Source: Clostridia bacterium
GTDB lineage: Bacteria; Bacillota; Clostridia; Oscillospirales; CAG-272
Direction of reading: 5' to 3'
NCBI GenBank assembly: GCA_017453245.1
Contig: JAFTKM010000020.1
Coordinates: forward strand, 877 to 64,876
DNA length: 64,000 bases
Shown here: positions 44,749-55,367 of the stretch, piece after piece
Layout of the letters: each line of letters starts with the position of its first letter
How positions within the stretch are numbered: the stretch's first letter is position 1
The notes under the pieces: model-generated
Databases searched by the model: none
Seen by the model: only the letters and a program-made list of their open reading frames with translations
What the model was told of the DNA's origin: nothing
Made by a program: the position numbers and the translations under genes

Positions 44749-47238
44749 ATGAACAGAACAAAGAATACCATTCGCATACTGATGTGTCTCGTTCTTATTC
44801 TGATCTTCACGGTTGCTCTTGCATCCTGTGAAAAAATAGAGCAAATATTTAATAAGCACGAGCATACTTATACTCGCGTTGTTACACCTCCTACCTGCGA
44901 GGAGCAGGGTTATACCACTCACACCTGCGAGTGCGGAGATTCCTACGTTGACGGATACGTGCCGGTAAGCCACGAGCTTGTTATCCACGACGCCAAGGAG
45001 CCTACCTGCACCGAGGTTGGATATGCCGAGTACTTCACCTGCCGTAAGTGCAGCTACACTACATATGAGGAGATAGCTGTTCTCGGTCACAAGTATGAGG
45101 AGAAGGTCACAAGATTCCCGACCACTCTTCACACCGGAATTCTTTCTAACATATGCTCCGAGTGCGGAGACACTCACGATGAGGAGATAGAGGCAGTCAG
45201 CGTGACGCTTCCTCGCGTTGCCGAGTTTATCAAGTCCTTTGTTGGCATGAACGAGGTATCCATTAACGCCGCTAACACCGAGATAATCTTCATTGACGAG
45301 ATAGAGAGCGAGGACGGCACCGCCAAGAGATTTATCGCGATAGATCTTACCCGCTTTGAGCTTAGCGGCAAGGAAGAGGAGCTTTCCGCCCGCATAACCT
45401 TTGAGCTTGGAATTGCGACACTTGACGCATCCTCCGAGGAGACCGAGCCCGTCTTCTCCACAGAGATGCTTGTAGACATCTTCGCAAACGGTGATGACGT
45501 ATCCGTTTCTATTACCGAGGGCGATGATCTTGAGAGTAGTGATATCGATCTCACCGAGGCATTCTACGGATACATTGCCGAGCAGCTCGGCATGACCTAT
45601 GAGGAGCTTGCGGAGACCTACTACCTTCTTGAGAAGGTTACCGAATATCTTCCCGTTCTTGAGAGCCTTCTTGATTGGCTGACTAGCGTTCAGCTCCCCG
45701 AGGGCGCAGAAGGATTTGACACGGTTACCGCTCTTATCTATGATGCCGTTGTTACGGTTGATGACGACGGATATTATCATCTTGACGTTTCGGGCCTTAT
45801 CGAGGTCGTAGAAATACTTCAGGATAAGACCGTTGCCGAGGTTATCGATTACTACTTCGGTAAGGGCACTATGGTAAAGGTTGAGACGTTTATGCTCGCT
45901 CTTCCCATGACCAAGGTCAAGACGCTTGCTAAGGCTGCCGAGACGTTTGCCGAGAGCAACGATATATCCGTGGATGACGTTTACGCGCTTATCAACTACG
46001 TTGTTTACACATCTACCGGTGAGGACTTCAATTTAGAGCATGAGATAAAGATCAGATATAACAAGACCGTTGCGGAGGTTATTATTGAGCTCTCCAGTCA
46101 GGGCGAGGACTTCACAGAAAGTGATATCAACGCAATGGCCCTTGCGATGGTTACCGAAATTAAAAACACTCTCGATCTTCTTAACAAGTATAACGTAGAT
46201 CAGCTTTACAACCTCTACACCTATGAGGATGCGAGCTTCGATTATTCGTTCACCGACGAGATCATCTCCACGCTTGAGACTGTTGACGGTATGATTGACG
46301 CAAGCTGGCATTACTCGGAGGACGGAACTCTTGACGCTCTTGAGATTGGTATCGGCGGTATGCTCAGCGTCGGATACGACGTTGTAGACGGCAACGCAGC
46401 TGTTTTAGTTGAGCTGACGCTTGAAGACGGCAAGACGATCACTCTTAATGCGACTATAACCGAAACAACCGCTTCGACCGTTATTCTTTCCGACGAATAT
46501 GAGATCGTTGTCTTTACAGCCGAGTATAACGAGCTTGAGCTCCTTTGTGCTCAGTTTAAGCTTAACGCGCTCTACATTGGCGCGCTCGAGGGATATACAG
46601 GCGAGGAGAATCTTGTAAATATAATCACCTACTCCTATGCAAAGGGAGAGGGAGAGGATTACGAGGCAAGCTTTGTTCTTAACCTGATTTCGACCAAGGA
46701 GGGCGAGACCCCTGAGGAGCAGATAGGCGTAGTTGAAAAGGCGGTCGATATGACAGTCGAATTTGACGGTGTTAATACCACCGTATACGTTGTAAACGGA
46801 AAGGTTATCACTGTTATTGCGAATGAGACGGACGGCGGCGCAGAGTTTGACGTTACCGTTAAGGAGGGCGAGACCGTGCTTGCAGATTACACCGCGAGCA
46901 TAGTAACCGAGCTCGACGATTACGGTATGGTCAGTGAGGCCTCTGTTACCGTTGTTGGCACCATTGAGGGCTCCGCGGTTGATATTAAGGCTGAATACGT
47001 TAATAATTCTCTCAGCCTCGTTTACAAGCTTGACGGCGCGGAGGTAGTAAACCTTCTTCTTGCCGTGTCCGAGGATGGCACGGTTACCGCTGAGTGCGAG
47101 CTCGACGGTGTAAACGTTACCACCGAAATCATTACCTACGTAAAAGAGGTCATCGAAATTATCGAGAATCTCGGTGTGGTTGAGCAGATTCCTGCGCCCG
47201 ACGATCTTGGTCAGCCTCTTCCTGAGGTAAATGCATAA
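44749..47238 (+). CDS. large acidic surface lipoprotein with N-terminal Cys-rich repeats
   Basis: AAGGAG RBS, lipobox FTVALASC, repeats of PTCxxxGYxxxxCxxCG type, and a very D/E-rich remainder. Confidence 0.75.
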   Translation: MNRTKNTIRILMCLVLILIFTVALASCEKIEQIFNKHEHTYTRVVTPPTCEEQGYTTHTCECGDSYVDGYVPVSHELVIHDAKEPTCTEVGYAEYFTCRKCSYTTYEEIAVLGHKYEEKVTRFPTTLHTGILSNICSECGDTHDEEIEAVSVTLPRVAEFIKSFVGMNEVSINAANTEIIFIDEIESEDGTAKRFIAIDLTRFELSGKEEELSARITFELGIATLDASSEETEPVFSTEMLVDIFANGDDVSVSITEGDDLESSDIDLTEAFYGYIAEQLGMTYEELAETYYLLEKVTEYLPVLESLLDWLTSVQLPEGAEGFDTVTALIYDAVVTVDDDGYYHLDVSGLIEVVEILQDKTVAEVIDYYFGKGTMVKVETFMLALPMTKVKTLAKAAETFAESNDISVDDVYALINYVVYTSTGEDFNLEHEIKIRYNKTVAEVIIELSSQGEDFTESDINAMALAMVTEIKNTLDLLNKYNVDQLYNLYTYEDASFDYSFTDEIISTLETVDGMIDASWHYSEDGTLDALEIGIGGMLSVGYDVVDGNAAVLVELTLEDGKTITLNATITETTASTVILSDEYEIVVFTAEYNELELLCAQFKLNALYIGALEGYTGEENLVNIITYSYAKGEGEDYEASFVLNLISTKEGETPEEQIGVVEKAVDMTVEFDGVNTTVYVVNGKVITVIANETDGGAEFDVTVKEGETVLADYTASIVTELDDYGMVSEASVTVVGTIEGSAVDIKAEYVNNSLSLVYKLDGAEVVNLLLAVSEDGTVTAECELDGVNVTTEIITYVKEVIEIIENLGVVEQIPAPDDLGQPLPEVNA

Positions 47239-47257
47239 AACAAAATAAAAGAAAAAA

Positions 47258-47290
47258 ACACGGCGAGAGGCGTTTAGCCCCTCGCCGTGT
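47258..47290. terminator. bidirectional terminator
   Basis: ACACGGCGAGAGG-CGTTTAGC-CCCTCGCCGTGT with a flanking A run and T-rich sequence. Confidence 0.7.
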
Positions 47291-47308
47291 TAAGTTATTG
47301 CGGGAAAA

Positions 47309-49135
47309 TCAGCTGATAATAAAGCTTGCTTTACACTCGTTTGCGCTTGTTTTTAAGTGTATTCTGTAAAGCTTTTCCGTACCCCATGCCTGCACGGTAT
47401 TCATGCCGACAGGGTCGAAGGCTTCGACCTCCGGGCAAAGCTCTGCATTGTATTCAAGGGTACAGCCCTCGGTAAGCGCGATGCGTCCGTTATCAAGCAC
47501 GTGGGGCTCGCGGTGAGTAACAAAGACAAAGTCTATGAGTCTTTCCTCGCTAAGCTTTATATTCTCTGTGATAGTGACAGCTCCGCCACAAAGCGAGCCT
47601 GAGCGGACGTAAGAGATAAGTCCGCACTCCTCAGCATACGCGTCGGTAATATCCAGGGTGAGGCTTCTTCCGTCCTTGTTGTAGACCTCGTTTTTTGAGC
47701 AGTATTTTGCGCCGTTATGCTGTCCCACACCGTCAAAGGAGGGGAGGTTATGGTAGAGCGACTGCATCGACCATATTTTATATCTATCCTTGGAGAACGT
47801 CTGCTTGGTATACTCGCCCACACCCGCGTCGATAAGCACGGGCTTTCCATTCCTGTACACGACGAATGAGCCGACGTCGTTGTGGTTGTGGCTCTCGTCA
47901 TTGTGTCCGCCCTTCATAGCGAAGAAAATGCCCTCGTCCGGAATTTCCGACTCACGCAGTATCATTACCTTGAGGTCGGGGAAGTAGGTGTCCGTTGCAG
48001 CTCTCAACACCGATTTGGATACGTCGCGTGTGGGAGTGGTAAAGCTTCTCAGCGAGCGGTAGGGAATAGCTACGTCGAACCCGACTCCGCAGATGTTCAT
48101 CATAGAGTCGCCGAAGGACTCGAGGATTTCAGAGCCGCATTTTTTACCGTAGCGTCTTAACATATTTCCGTCATATCCGCAGGTTGATCTTGAGTCGGCA
48201 AAGTTGACGAAGTATCTATCTGTAATATTCATTCGCGGTGCATACTCGCCCATTGCTTTAATAAGCGGATCGGAATACACGTTTATCATACCGTCCGACA
48301 GATCCTCAAGCAGCTCAAGACAGTCGAACAGACATCCTGCGGCTGCGTTCCAATAGGTAGGTCCTTCTTCGCACCCGCCGTCCGGCTTGTAGCAATTTAT
48401 GAAATTGTCAAGAAAGACCATCGATCTCTTTACCACGGTTTCTCTGACGGACATATCATTCTCGATAAGGGCTGTAGTCAGGAGAATGTTTGAGACTATC
48501 CACGGACACCAGTTGTTGACGCGGTTGCCGCCCATTCCTTCCCACCGGAAGTAGTATTTGCAGAACGGCTCTATGGCTCTTGCCTTTAAGGTGTAGACTA
48601 TTCTCTCGTTGATGAACGGAGATATTTCCTTGAAGCGATCCTCAAAATAGTGGTAGATGAGTGCGATAAGCGCACTTCTATAAGCTGAGCCAAGTTCTAT
48701 TCCGTGTGCGTATTTTTCACCGACAGCGGCGGGTACGGGCATTCTTGCCGTTGCTTCCTCGGGCATATGAACCGTATGTTCGGGGAGCATCCAGGTGGAC
48801 TCGTCAAGCATAGCCCAAATCACGTCGAGCATTTTTTCAAAGTATCTGCCACTGTTCGTGTGTATTTCTGCCATAGCAAGACGGAGTGCCATATCCATTC
48901 TGCGGCGATACGGACTTCCGTACGTCATGGTAGATCCGGTGATGTTGTACGCTCGGTAGTCGGATAGAGTAAGGGGCGGTATCGGTGCGTCAAGGTCCTC
49001 GTCCGCACGTGCTATAAGGCTTTCCAACCTGCTCTTGTTCAGCGCATCTGTTCTGAGATGCGGCAAGAGACGAAAACCTTCTCTAGAAATAATATTATTA
49101 TCAATATCAAAATTATATTTTTCGAAAATCTTCAT
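47309..49135 (-). CDS. heparinase II/III-family protein (putative cytoplasmic oligosaccharide lyase)
   Basis: NNWCPWIVSNILLT, GGCEEGPTYWNAAAG, HNHNDVGSFVVYRNGKPVLIDAG, YHNLPSFDG. No signal peptide. Confidence 0.8.
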   Translation of the reverse strand: MKIFEKYNFDIDNNIISREGFRLLPHLRTDALNKSRLESLIARADEDLDAPIPPLTLSDYRAYNITGSTMTYGSPYRRRMDMALRLAMAEIHTNSGRYFEKMLDVIWAMLDESTWMLPEHTVHMPEEATARMPVPAAVGEKYAHGIELGSAYRSALIALIYHYFEDRFKEISPFINERIVYTLKARAIEPFCKYYFRWEGMGGNRVNNWCPWIVSNILLTTALIENDMSVRETVVKRSMVFLDNFINCYKPDGGCEEGPTYWNAAAGCLFDCLELLEDLSDGMINVYSDPLIKAMGEYAPRMNITDRYFVNFADSRSTCGYDGNMLRRYGKKCGSEILESFGDSMMNICGVGFDVAIPYRSLRSFTTPTRDVSKSVLRAATDTYFPDLKVMILRESEIPDEGIFFAMKGGHNDESHNHNDVGSFVVYRNGKPVLIDAGVGEYTKQTFSKDRYKIWSMQSLYHNLPSFDGVGQHNGAKYCSKNEVYNKDGRSLTLDITDAYAEECGLISYVRSGSLCGGAVTITENIKLSEERLIDFVFVTHREPHVLDNGRIALTEGCTLEYNAELCPEVEAFDPVGMNTVQAWGTEKLYRIHLKTSANECKASFIIS

Positions 49136-49139
49136 ATTT

Positions 49140-50957
49140 TCACTTAATTGTAAATCTCACGTTGCATTTATCGGTATTAACTCGGAAGCGCAGTCTGTAT
49201 AACACGTCGGTGCCCCAGATTTTAGCGGTGTCCATTCCCACGGGCTCGAACTCCTCGAGCTCTGCCTTGAGTGACGTGTCATACGTAAGGATTCTTCCCT
49301 CGGGTAAGGATATTAGCCCCTCTTGGAGTATGCTTGGCTTTTCCGCGAGCATAAGGTGGAAGTCTATCTCCTTTGCCTCCGAGAGGATAATGCTCTCATC
49401 GACGGTGACTGTGCCATCTGTCAGCGCAACGCGCCTTACGTAGCTCTTGATTCCCGCCTCGACGGGGTATGCGCCCTTGAGCTCTGAGGTGATTGAGCGC
49501 TCCTCCTCGGAAAAACGCTTATCCGTCGCCGCGTATCTTACTCCGTCCTTCTGGTCAATGCCTCCGAAGGAGGGAAGGTTATGGTATCCCGACTGCATAA
49601 ACCAGAGCTTATATCTGTCGCGGGAGAAGGTCTGCTTTGTGTATCGGCCCACACCCGTGTCGATTATTACGGGGTTTCCGTTGTAATATACCATAAAGTT
49701 TCCGCAGTCATTGTGGTTGTGCATCTCGCCGTTGTTTCCCGCCTTTGCCGCGAGGAACATACCCTTTTCGCTCTCATCATACTCTCGGGCGGTTATTACG
49801 CCGAGGTCGGGAAGGACAGACCACAGAGGCATAGGACAGCTCTCCTCCTTGACAAAGGGAGTGCAGAGCCACTTAAGAGAGCGGTACATATGCGACTGAC
49901 TGAAGAAGTAGTCGCCGAATTTTGCCTGCTTTTTGCCAAAGGCTACGAGGAAGGGAGAATTTGTCTTCTCACCGAATCTTATAAGCATACCTGCGGTCGG
50001 ATCGGTCTTCGGCGCGCAGTCGGCGAAGTTTACGTAGCGGTTGCCGGTAATATTCACTTTATAGATGTAGTCTCCGATATTTTTTACAAGCTCGGAGTCG
50101 TAGACTGAAATTTTACCGTCCGACATATCCTCAATGAGCTCAAGACAGTCAAACAGTGAAGCGCCTGCCGCGCCCCAATATGCGGGACCCTCGTCACAGC
50201 CTCCGTCGGGCTCGTAGCCATCGAGGAAGTTGTCGAGGTAGGACATAGACTTGGTGACTACCTTCTCGCGGGTGTAGTTATCCTTCTCCATGATAGCTGC
50301 TGTGAGCAGTATATTCGATACTATCCACGGACACCAGTTGTTCGTTTTTCTGCCAAGAGCGCCGCCCCACCAGACCTCGATCTGCAGGAAGTTCTTGATA
50401 GCTCTCTCGTGGAGGCAATACTCCATCTTACGGCAAATAACAGGGTCGATATTATCGAGCTTATCCTTACAGAGAAGGTATACCGTGGAGAGTGCTCCCG
50501 CCGTCGCCGCGGCGAAAAGGTCGAGCCCGTGTAAAGCATTATCGCCGAAAACGGGGCCGAGTGACGAATCTCCGTATAGCGGAGCGCAGTAAATGTGAGC
50601 GGGGATTATCCAGGTGGATTCCTCCATTATCGCCCATACTACGTCCATCAGCTTCTCGGTGAAGCGTCCCTTGTTTTCATACGCCTCAGCTACGGCGAAT
50701 GTCACCGCCATATCACGTCTTAGGAAGTATATGTCCTCGTAATTCGAGCGGTTGCCGACAGTTACGTATTGACGGTATACGGAGGCGGGGAGCAGAGGTA
50801 TATCTCTTCCAAGAAGCCCCTCGGCGTGGCGGACTATCCTCTCGCCCTTTTCCTTAGGTATCTCGGGAGATTCTACGTCCGAGAAGAGCCTGAATTCCGA
50901 GTAGGGGAGTAGCTTGGCGGTTGCATTGCTTATTTCTTTTTTACTGAATACTTTCAT
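49140..50957 (-). CDS. heparinase II/III-family protein, tandem paralogue
   Basis: Same motif set as the neighbour (NNWCPWIVSNILLT, GGCDEGPAYWGAAG, HNHNDCGNFMVYYNGNPVIIDTG, YHNLPSFGG). No signal peptide. Confidence 0.8.
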   Translation of the reverse strand: MKVFSKKEISNATAKLLPYSEFRLFSDVESPEIPKEKGERIVRHAEGLLGRDIPLLPASVYRQYVTVGNRSNYEDIYFLRRDMAVTFAVAEAYENKGRFTEKLMDVVWAIMEESTWIIPAHIYCAPLYGDSSLGPVFGDNALHGLDLFAAATAGALSTVYLLCKDKLDNIDPVICRKMEYCLHERAIKNFLQIEVWWGGALGRKTNNWCPWIVSNILLTAAIMEKDNYTREKVVTKSMSYLDNFLDGYEPDGGCDEGPAYWGAAGASLFDCLELIEDMSDGKISVYDSELVKNIGDYIYKVNITGNRYVNFADCAPKTDPTAGMLIRFGEKTNSPFLVAFGKKQAKFGDYFFSQSHMYRSLKWLCTPFVKEESCPMPLWSVLPDLGVITAREYDESEKGMFLAAKAGNNGEMHNHNDCGNFMVYYNGNPVIIDTGVGRYTKQTFSRDRYKLWFMQSGYHNLPSFGGIDQKDGVRYAATDKRFSEEERSITSELKGAYPVEAGIKSYVRRVALTDGTVTVDESIILSEAKEIDFHLMLAEKPSILQEGLISLPEGRILTYDTSLKAELEEFEPVGMDTAKIWGTDVLYRLRFRVNTDKCNVRFTIK

Positions 50958-51295
50958 ATGTTTTTTCTCTCTTTCAGTATGCGCGAGGTGTTTTTTTCAT
51001 CGCTCGCTGCCTGCGGATTATCCGAAATCACCCCTATTTTATACGCGCGAAAAATAAAAGTCAATCTAAAAACGGGTATAATAGCAAGATGCACAACAAG
51101 TTTTGGAGGGTTGAACAACCGCCCTCGACAAAAAGCAAACCGCAGCGACCTTTTTCATCACAAAAAACTTTTTAAAAAAATAGAAAAAAGGTATTGCTTT
51201 TTTATTGACAATATGATAGAATAACTGTATGACTTGAAGCTATGCCTATATTTTTAGGCGTCATAAGAAAGCAGTATTTTGAAAGGAAATATAAA

Positions 51296-51595
51296 ATGGA
51301 ATACGTTCTTTTAGCAATTTTGCTTCTTTCCGCTGTATTTATCATCGTTGCGGTTATCTTCCAGAAGTCTGCGGACGAGGGTCTTTCCGGTACTATCGCC
51401 GGCGGTAACGAGACCTTCTACGGTAAGGAGAAATCCCATACCACCGATAAGCTCTGGTTCAGACTTACTCTTATTGTAAGCATCGTGTTCGTCGTTGCAG
51501 TTCTCTTGGCTTATATTATTCAGCCTGATTACGATAGCGCGTCTGCACTCGATAACTGGAAGCAGTGGTCCGAGTTCTCGGATTTGCTTAACTGA
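51296..51595 (+). CDS. secG: preprotein translocase subunit SecG
   Basis: AAAGGAAA RBS before the ATG at 51296. TM1, then FQKSADEGLSGTIAGG, then TM2, as in the SecG pattern. Confidence 0.75.
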   Translation: MEYVLLAILLLSAVFIIVAVIFQKSADEGLSGTIAGGNETFYGKEKSHTTDKLWFRLTLIVSIVFVVAVLLAYIIQPDYDSASALDNWKQWSEFSDLLN

Positions 51596-51604
51596 TTTAG
51601 ATAA

Positions 51605-51636
51605 AGACGGGGTGAAGAGATACCTCGTCTTTTTCT
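51605..51636 (+). terminator. rho-independent terminator
   Basis: AGACGGGG ... CCTCGTCT followed by TTTTT. Confidence 0.55.
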
Positions 51637-51677
51637 ATTCCATTTAGTTCCCAAAACAACAAATTAAAAAGAAAAGA

Positions 51678-53813
51678 ATGAAAAGAACAAAAAAGGATTT
51701 TACCAAATTTACAAAGAGAAATACTCATAAGCGCCGCACCAAGGATGCGGCAAAGCGCGAGCTACTTCGCGCGGTTGCAGAGACCGAGGTCTCATATTCG
51801 GGTATAGTCTTGAAGGACACGGTTGACTTTGGCAGACGTGGCAGGACCTCTACCAAAAGACGCTCGGACGAGACGGTTGCCCGCGGTATATTCTCGGGCT
51901 CAAAGAGCGGCTTTGGCTTTGTGACTCTTGAAGAGGGGTATGACAGAGATATCTTTATCCCCGAGGACAAGACTCACGGCGCTCTCGACGGTGACTTTGT
52001 TGAGATCATATACCACGTTTTCACCTCTCGTGAGGGCGTGGAAAAGACCGAGGGCAGAGTCACGAAAATCGTGCAGTACGGCCGTGATTTTATCATAGGA
52101 ACACTCGTCACCGAGAGAAGTGCTCATCGCGGTCAAAAAGGCGGTAAGGGCAGGGGCGTGTACGCATATTTAGAGCCTGATGACGCAAAAATCGCCTTAA
52201 GACCGCGCATTACGGATACCGCCGGAGCGAAGAATGGCGACAAGGTTATAGTCAAGATAAAGAGGGACGGCTTGGGCGGATATTCGCCCGAGGGCTACGT
52301 CAGCTCTGTGCTCGGTAAGGCAGAGTCGAAGGAGGCGAATTACGCCGCTATACTCGCCGAGTGTGAGATACCCACCGAGTTTTCCGAGGAGGAGCTCTCG
52401 CTTGCCCGCGAGAAGGCAGCGATGCCGCTTTCGGATGAAGGCAGAGAGCGCTTTGACAGCACGGTGATCTTCACTATCGACGGTGCGGGCGCAAAGGACC
52501 TCGACGACGCGGTTTCGCTTCGCCGTCTCAAGGACGGATGGCAGCTGGGCGTTCATATTGCCGACGTCTCCAGCTACGTTCCCGAGAAGTCTGCGCTTGA
52601 CCGATTGGTTATGAATAGAGGCACGAGCGTATACTTCACCGACAAGGTCGTCCCGATGCTCCCCGAGTGCCTCTCAAACGGCTCGTGCTCATTAAACGCG
52701 GGCGAAGAAAAATACGCGCTCTCGGCTATAATCAATCTTGATTCCGAGGGCGGAATCGTAAAAACTAAAATCGTTCCTTCCATCATAAAGAGCCGCCTGC
52801 GCGGTGTATACTCCGAGGTCAACGAGATCCTCGCGGGCACCGCAGATGCTGAGCTCAAGGAGAAGTATCGCGCGGTTAAGCCTACGCTTAAGAAGATGGA
52901 GGAGTTATATCACGTCCTCGCGGAAAAGTCGGAGGCTCGTGGTTATCTCGATATGAGCATCGACGAGGCTGTTATCCTTCTTGGAGAAGACGGCTCGCCC
53001 GTGGACATAGTGAGAGCCGAAAGAGGAGTCGGCGAGAGAATGATAGAGCAGTTTATGCTCACCGCAAACGAGGCTGTTGCCACTCTCCTTTCACAAAGCG
53101 GTATTCCCTGCGTTTACCGTGTGCACGAGAGTCCGTCACCCGACAAGCTCGAGAGCTTTGTTGAGTATCTGAAGCACGTTGGTATCCGCTACACGCCTCT
53201 GCTTGACGAGGATGCATCCGGCAAGGATTATGCCGCGGTGCTTAAGGAGGCTGAGGAAAAGGGTATTAGCGCGGCTGTTTCACGCACGATGCTCCGCTCA
53301 ATGATGAAGGCGAAATATTCCGAGGTGAGAATGCCTCACTTTGGTCTCGGAATCGATTACTACTGTCATTTTACCTCGCCGATACGAAGACTTTCCGACC
53401 TTGCTACGCACAGAATTATTCATAAGGTGCTTATCGAGGGCAAGCGTCCCGAGGCTTATGCCTCTTACGCCAAGAGAGCCGCAAGAGCGGCGAGCGAGAC
53501 CGAGCTTCGCGCACTTAACGCGGAGCGCAGGATAGAGAATTTATACAAGGTCATTTATATGCAGGACCGCGTCGGCGAGAGCTTTGACGCGACTGTAAGC
53601 TCGGTCACATCGTTTGGTATGTTCTGCGAGCTTGATAATACCTGCGAGGGACTTATTCCCATCTCCGAGATGCCCGGCTTGTTTATTTTCAACGAGGGAG
53701 ATCTTACTCTCTGCTCGGGAAAGCTGATCTACAGACTCGGTGATACGGTCAGAATAAGGCTCGAGGAGGCCGATATAATCAGAGGAAAGCTAAGATTCTC
53801 TCTGATTTTATAA
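51678..53813 (+). CDS. rnr: ribonuclease R
   Basis: Cold-shock-like N-terminal domains, RNB domain (FTIDGAGAKDLDDAVS, HFGLGIDYYCHFTSPIRRLSDL) and a C-terminal S1 domain. Confidence 0.9.
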   Translation: MKRTKKDFTKFTKRNTHKRRTKDAAKRELLRAVAETEVSYSGIVLKDTVDFGRRGRTSTKRRSDETVARGIFSGSKSGFGFVTLEEGYDRDIFIPEDKTHGALDGDFVEIIYHVFTSREGVEKTEGRVTKIVQYGRDFIIGTLVTERSAHRGQKGGKGRGVYAYLEPDDAKIALRPRITDTAGAKNGDKVIVKIKRDGLGGYSPEGYVSSVLGKAESKEANYAAILAECEIPTEFSEEELSLAREKAAMPLSDEGRERFDSTVIFTIDGAGAKDLDDAVSLRRLKDGWQLGVHIADVSSYVPEKSALDRLVMNRGTSVYFTDKVVPMLPECLSNGSCSLNAGEEKYALSAIINLDSEGGIVKTKIVPSIIKSRLRGVYSEVNEILAGTADAELKEKYRAVKPTLKKMEELYHVLAEKSEARGYLDMSIDEAVILLGEDGSPVDIVRAERGVGERMIEQFMLTANEAVATLLSQSGIPCVYRVHESPSPDKLESFVEYLKHVGIRYTPLLDEDASGKDYAAVLKEAEEKGISAAVSRTMLRSMMKAKYSEVRMPHFGLGIDYYCHFTSPIRRLSDLATHRIIHKVLIEGKRPEAYASYAKRAARAASETELRALNAERRIENLYKVIYMQDRVGESFDATVSSVTSFGMFCELDNTCEGLIPISEMPGLFIFNEGDLTLCSGKLIYRLGDTVRIRLEEADIIRGKLRFSLIL

Positions 53814-53944
53814 AAAAGCCAACGCCTGCCTTTTTAAGACGGGAATTGACCGAATAAATAGTAAAAAACAAAGATTTGCACATCATTGTACCGGTGAAAA
53901 ATATAACTTTTCAGGCTACGAACAATAAAAAGGGAGGTTAAAAT

Positions 53945-54778
53945 ATGACAGAAGCGATAAAGGTCGTCACGTTTATCAATATAATCTTTATCATTTTGCT
54001 TGTTATCTCGGGTATGTTCCCCGGGACGGTCGGCGAAATTCTCTATTACCTCGCATTTATTGCTCCGATCGCCATCGGATTTTACTTCTCGATGGGCCTT
54101 CAGTATAAGCGTGAGGAACAAAAAGGACTCGCAGAGTCCGCGGAGGTGCTTCTTGGCTTCAGCCTTGTGCGCTCGAAAAAGCTGCTTCCGCTCGTTTTTC
54201 CCGCGGTTATGACGGTTTTTCTCTCCTCGCTCGTTACCTCCTTACTTCTTTCGCTTGTCGGTGTCAGCGCACCGCCGGTTGAAGAGAAGGGAATAGTGAT
54301 GATGCTCGCTATCCACGCGCTTATTCCCGCGATTCTTGAGGAAGCCTTGTTTAGATATATTCCGATGAAGCTCCTCTTGCCGTATTCGAAGCGCTGGTGC
54401 GTGATATACTCCGCATTATGCTTTGCATTGATACATTGCAGTCTTTATCAGATGCCTTACGCTTTCGTTGCGGGCATTATATTTATGATGGTTGACGTAG
54501 CGTTTGACAGCGTCTGGCCATCTGTAATTCTCCACTTTGTCAATAACGCCGCATCGGTTATCTGGCTTAAGTATTGCTCGGGTATCACAGGCTCGGTAAT
54601 ATTTATTTCCACGCTCGCGCTCCTTTCGCTTATATCCATCTTCTTCATTTACAGAAGGCGAGAGTCATATCGGGCATTGTTCCGCGGCTCGTTTGACAAG
54701 GGCGAGAGCTTTGCGGTCACCTATGCGCCGCTTGCACTTGCGGCAATTACGTTTTATCTTGCGTTTCTTAATCTTTAA
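53945..54778 (+). CDS. CPBP-family intramembrane metalloprotease
   Basis: GGGAGG RBS. EEALFRYIP, FALIHC and ILHFVNN motifs in a multi-TM protein. Confidence 0.8.
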   Translation: MTEAIKVVTFINIIFIILLVISGMFPGTVGEILYYLAFIAPIAIGFYFSMGLQYKREEQKGLAESAEVLLGFSLVRSKKLLPLVFPAVMTVFLSSLVTSLLLSLVGVSAPPVEEKGIVMMLAIHALIPAILEEALFRYIPMKLLLPYSKRWCVIYSALCFALIHCSLYQMPYAFVAGIIFMMVDVAFDSVWPSVILHFVNNAASVIWLKYCSGITGSVIFISTLALLSLISIFFIYRRRESYRALFRGSFDKGESFAVTYAPLALAAITFYLAFLNL

Positions 54779-54790
54779 GGTGAGGTTTAT

Positions 54791-55291
54791 ATGTGCGATA
54801 TAGAATTTGAAAAAAATAATGATACCGTCACTCAGCCCGGGTATACCGAAGAGGACGTGGCTTTTATGAGGGAAGCGATGGAGCTTGCCGCTTTGGCAGA
54901 GGAGATAGATGAAGTGCCCGTCGGCGCTCTCATTGTCCGCGACGGACAGGTTATTGCCAAGGCTTATAATACCCGTGAGCATTCCAAGTGCGCAACTCAT
55001 CACGCTGAGATACTCGCAATTGAGGAGGCTTGCTGCGCTCTTGGAGGATGGCGTCTCCCCGGCTGTACCTTGTACGTAACCATGGAGCCCTGTGCTATGT
55101 GTGCGGGGGCTATAATCAACGCTAGGATCCCTCGCGTAGTCTTCGGAGCTCCCGATCTTCGCTTCGGAGCATTCGGCTCGCTCATTAACCTGGCGGACGT
55201 TCCTCTCAATCATAAGCCTGAGATCGTCGGCGGGGTATTAAGGGAAGAAAACGTCGGCATTTTACGTTCCTACTTCAAAAAGAAACGCTGA
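54791..55291 (+). CDS. tadA: tRNA adenosine(34) deaminase
   Basis: HAEILAIEEAC and TMEPCAMCAGAI zinc-binding CDA motifs, of TadA size. Confidence 0.9.
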   Translation: MCDIEFEKNNDTVTQPGYTEEDVAFMREAMELAALAEEIDEVPVGALIVRDGQVIAKAYNTREHSKCATHHAEILAIEEACCALGGWRLPGCTLYVTMEPCAMCAGAIINARIPRVVFGAPDLRFGAFGSLINLADVPLNHKPEIVGGVLREENVGILRSYFKKKR

Positions 55292-55367
55292 TGCTTTGAT
55301 TCCGGTTTTTATTCCAAAACACAAAATATGTAAATTATTATTGTCAAATATCATTGATAATACTGAT

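Noticed and set aside
50958-51224. 88-aa + ORF upstream of secG, and the extended 117-aa secG ORF from 51242
   Set aside because: There is no RBS and no recognisable features. SecG has a good RBS at its internal ATG (51296), so the upstream stretch is treated as a promoter/leader region.
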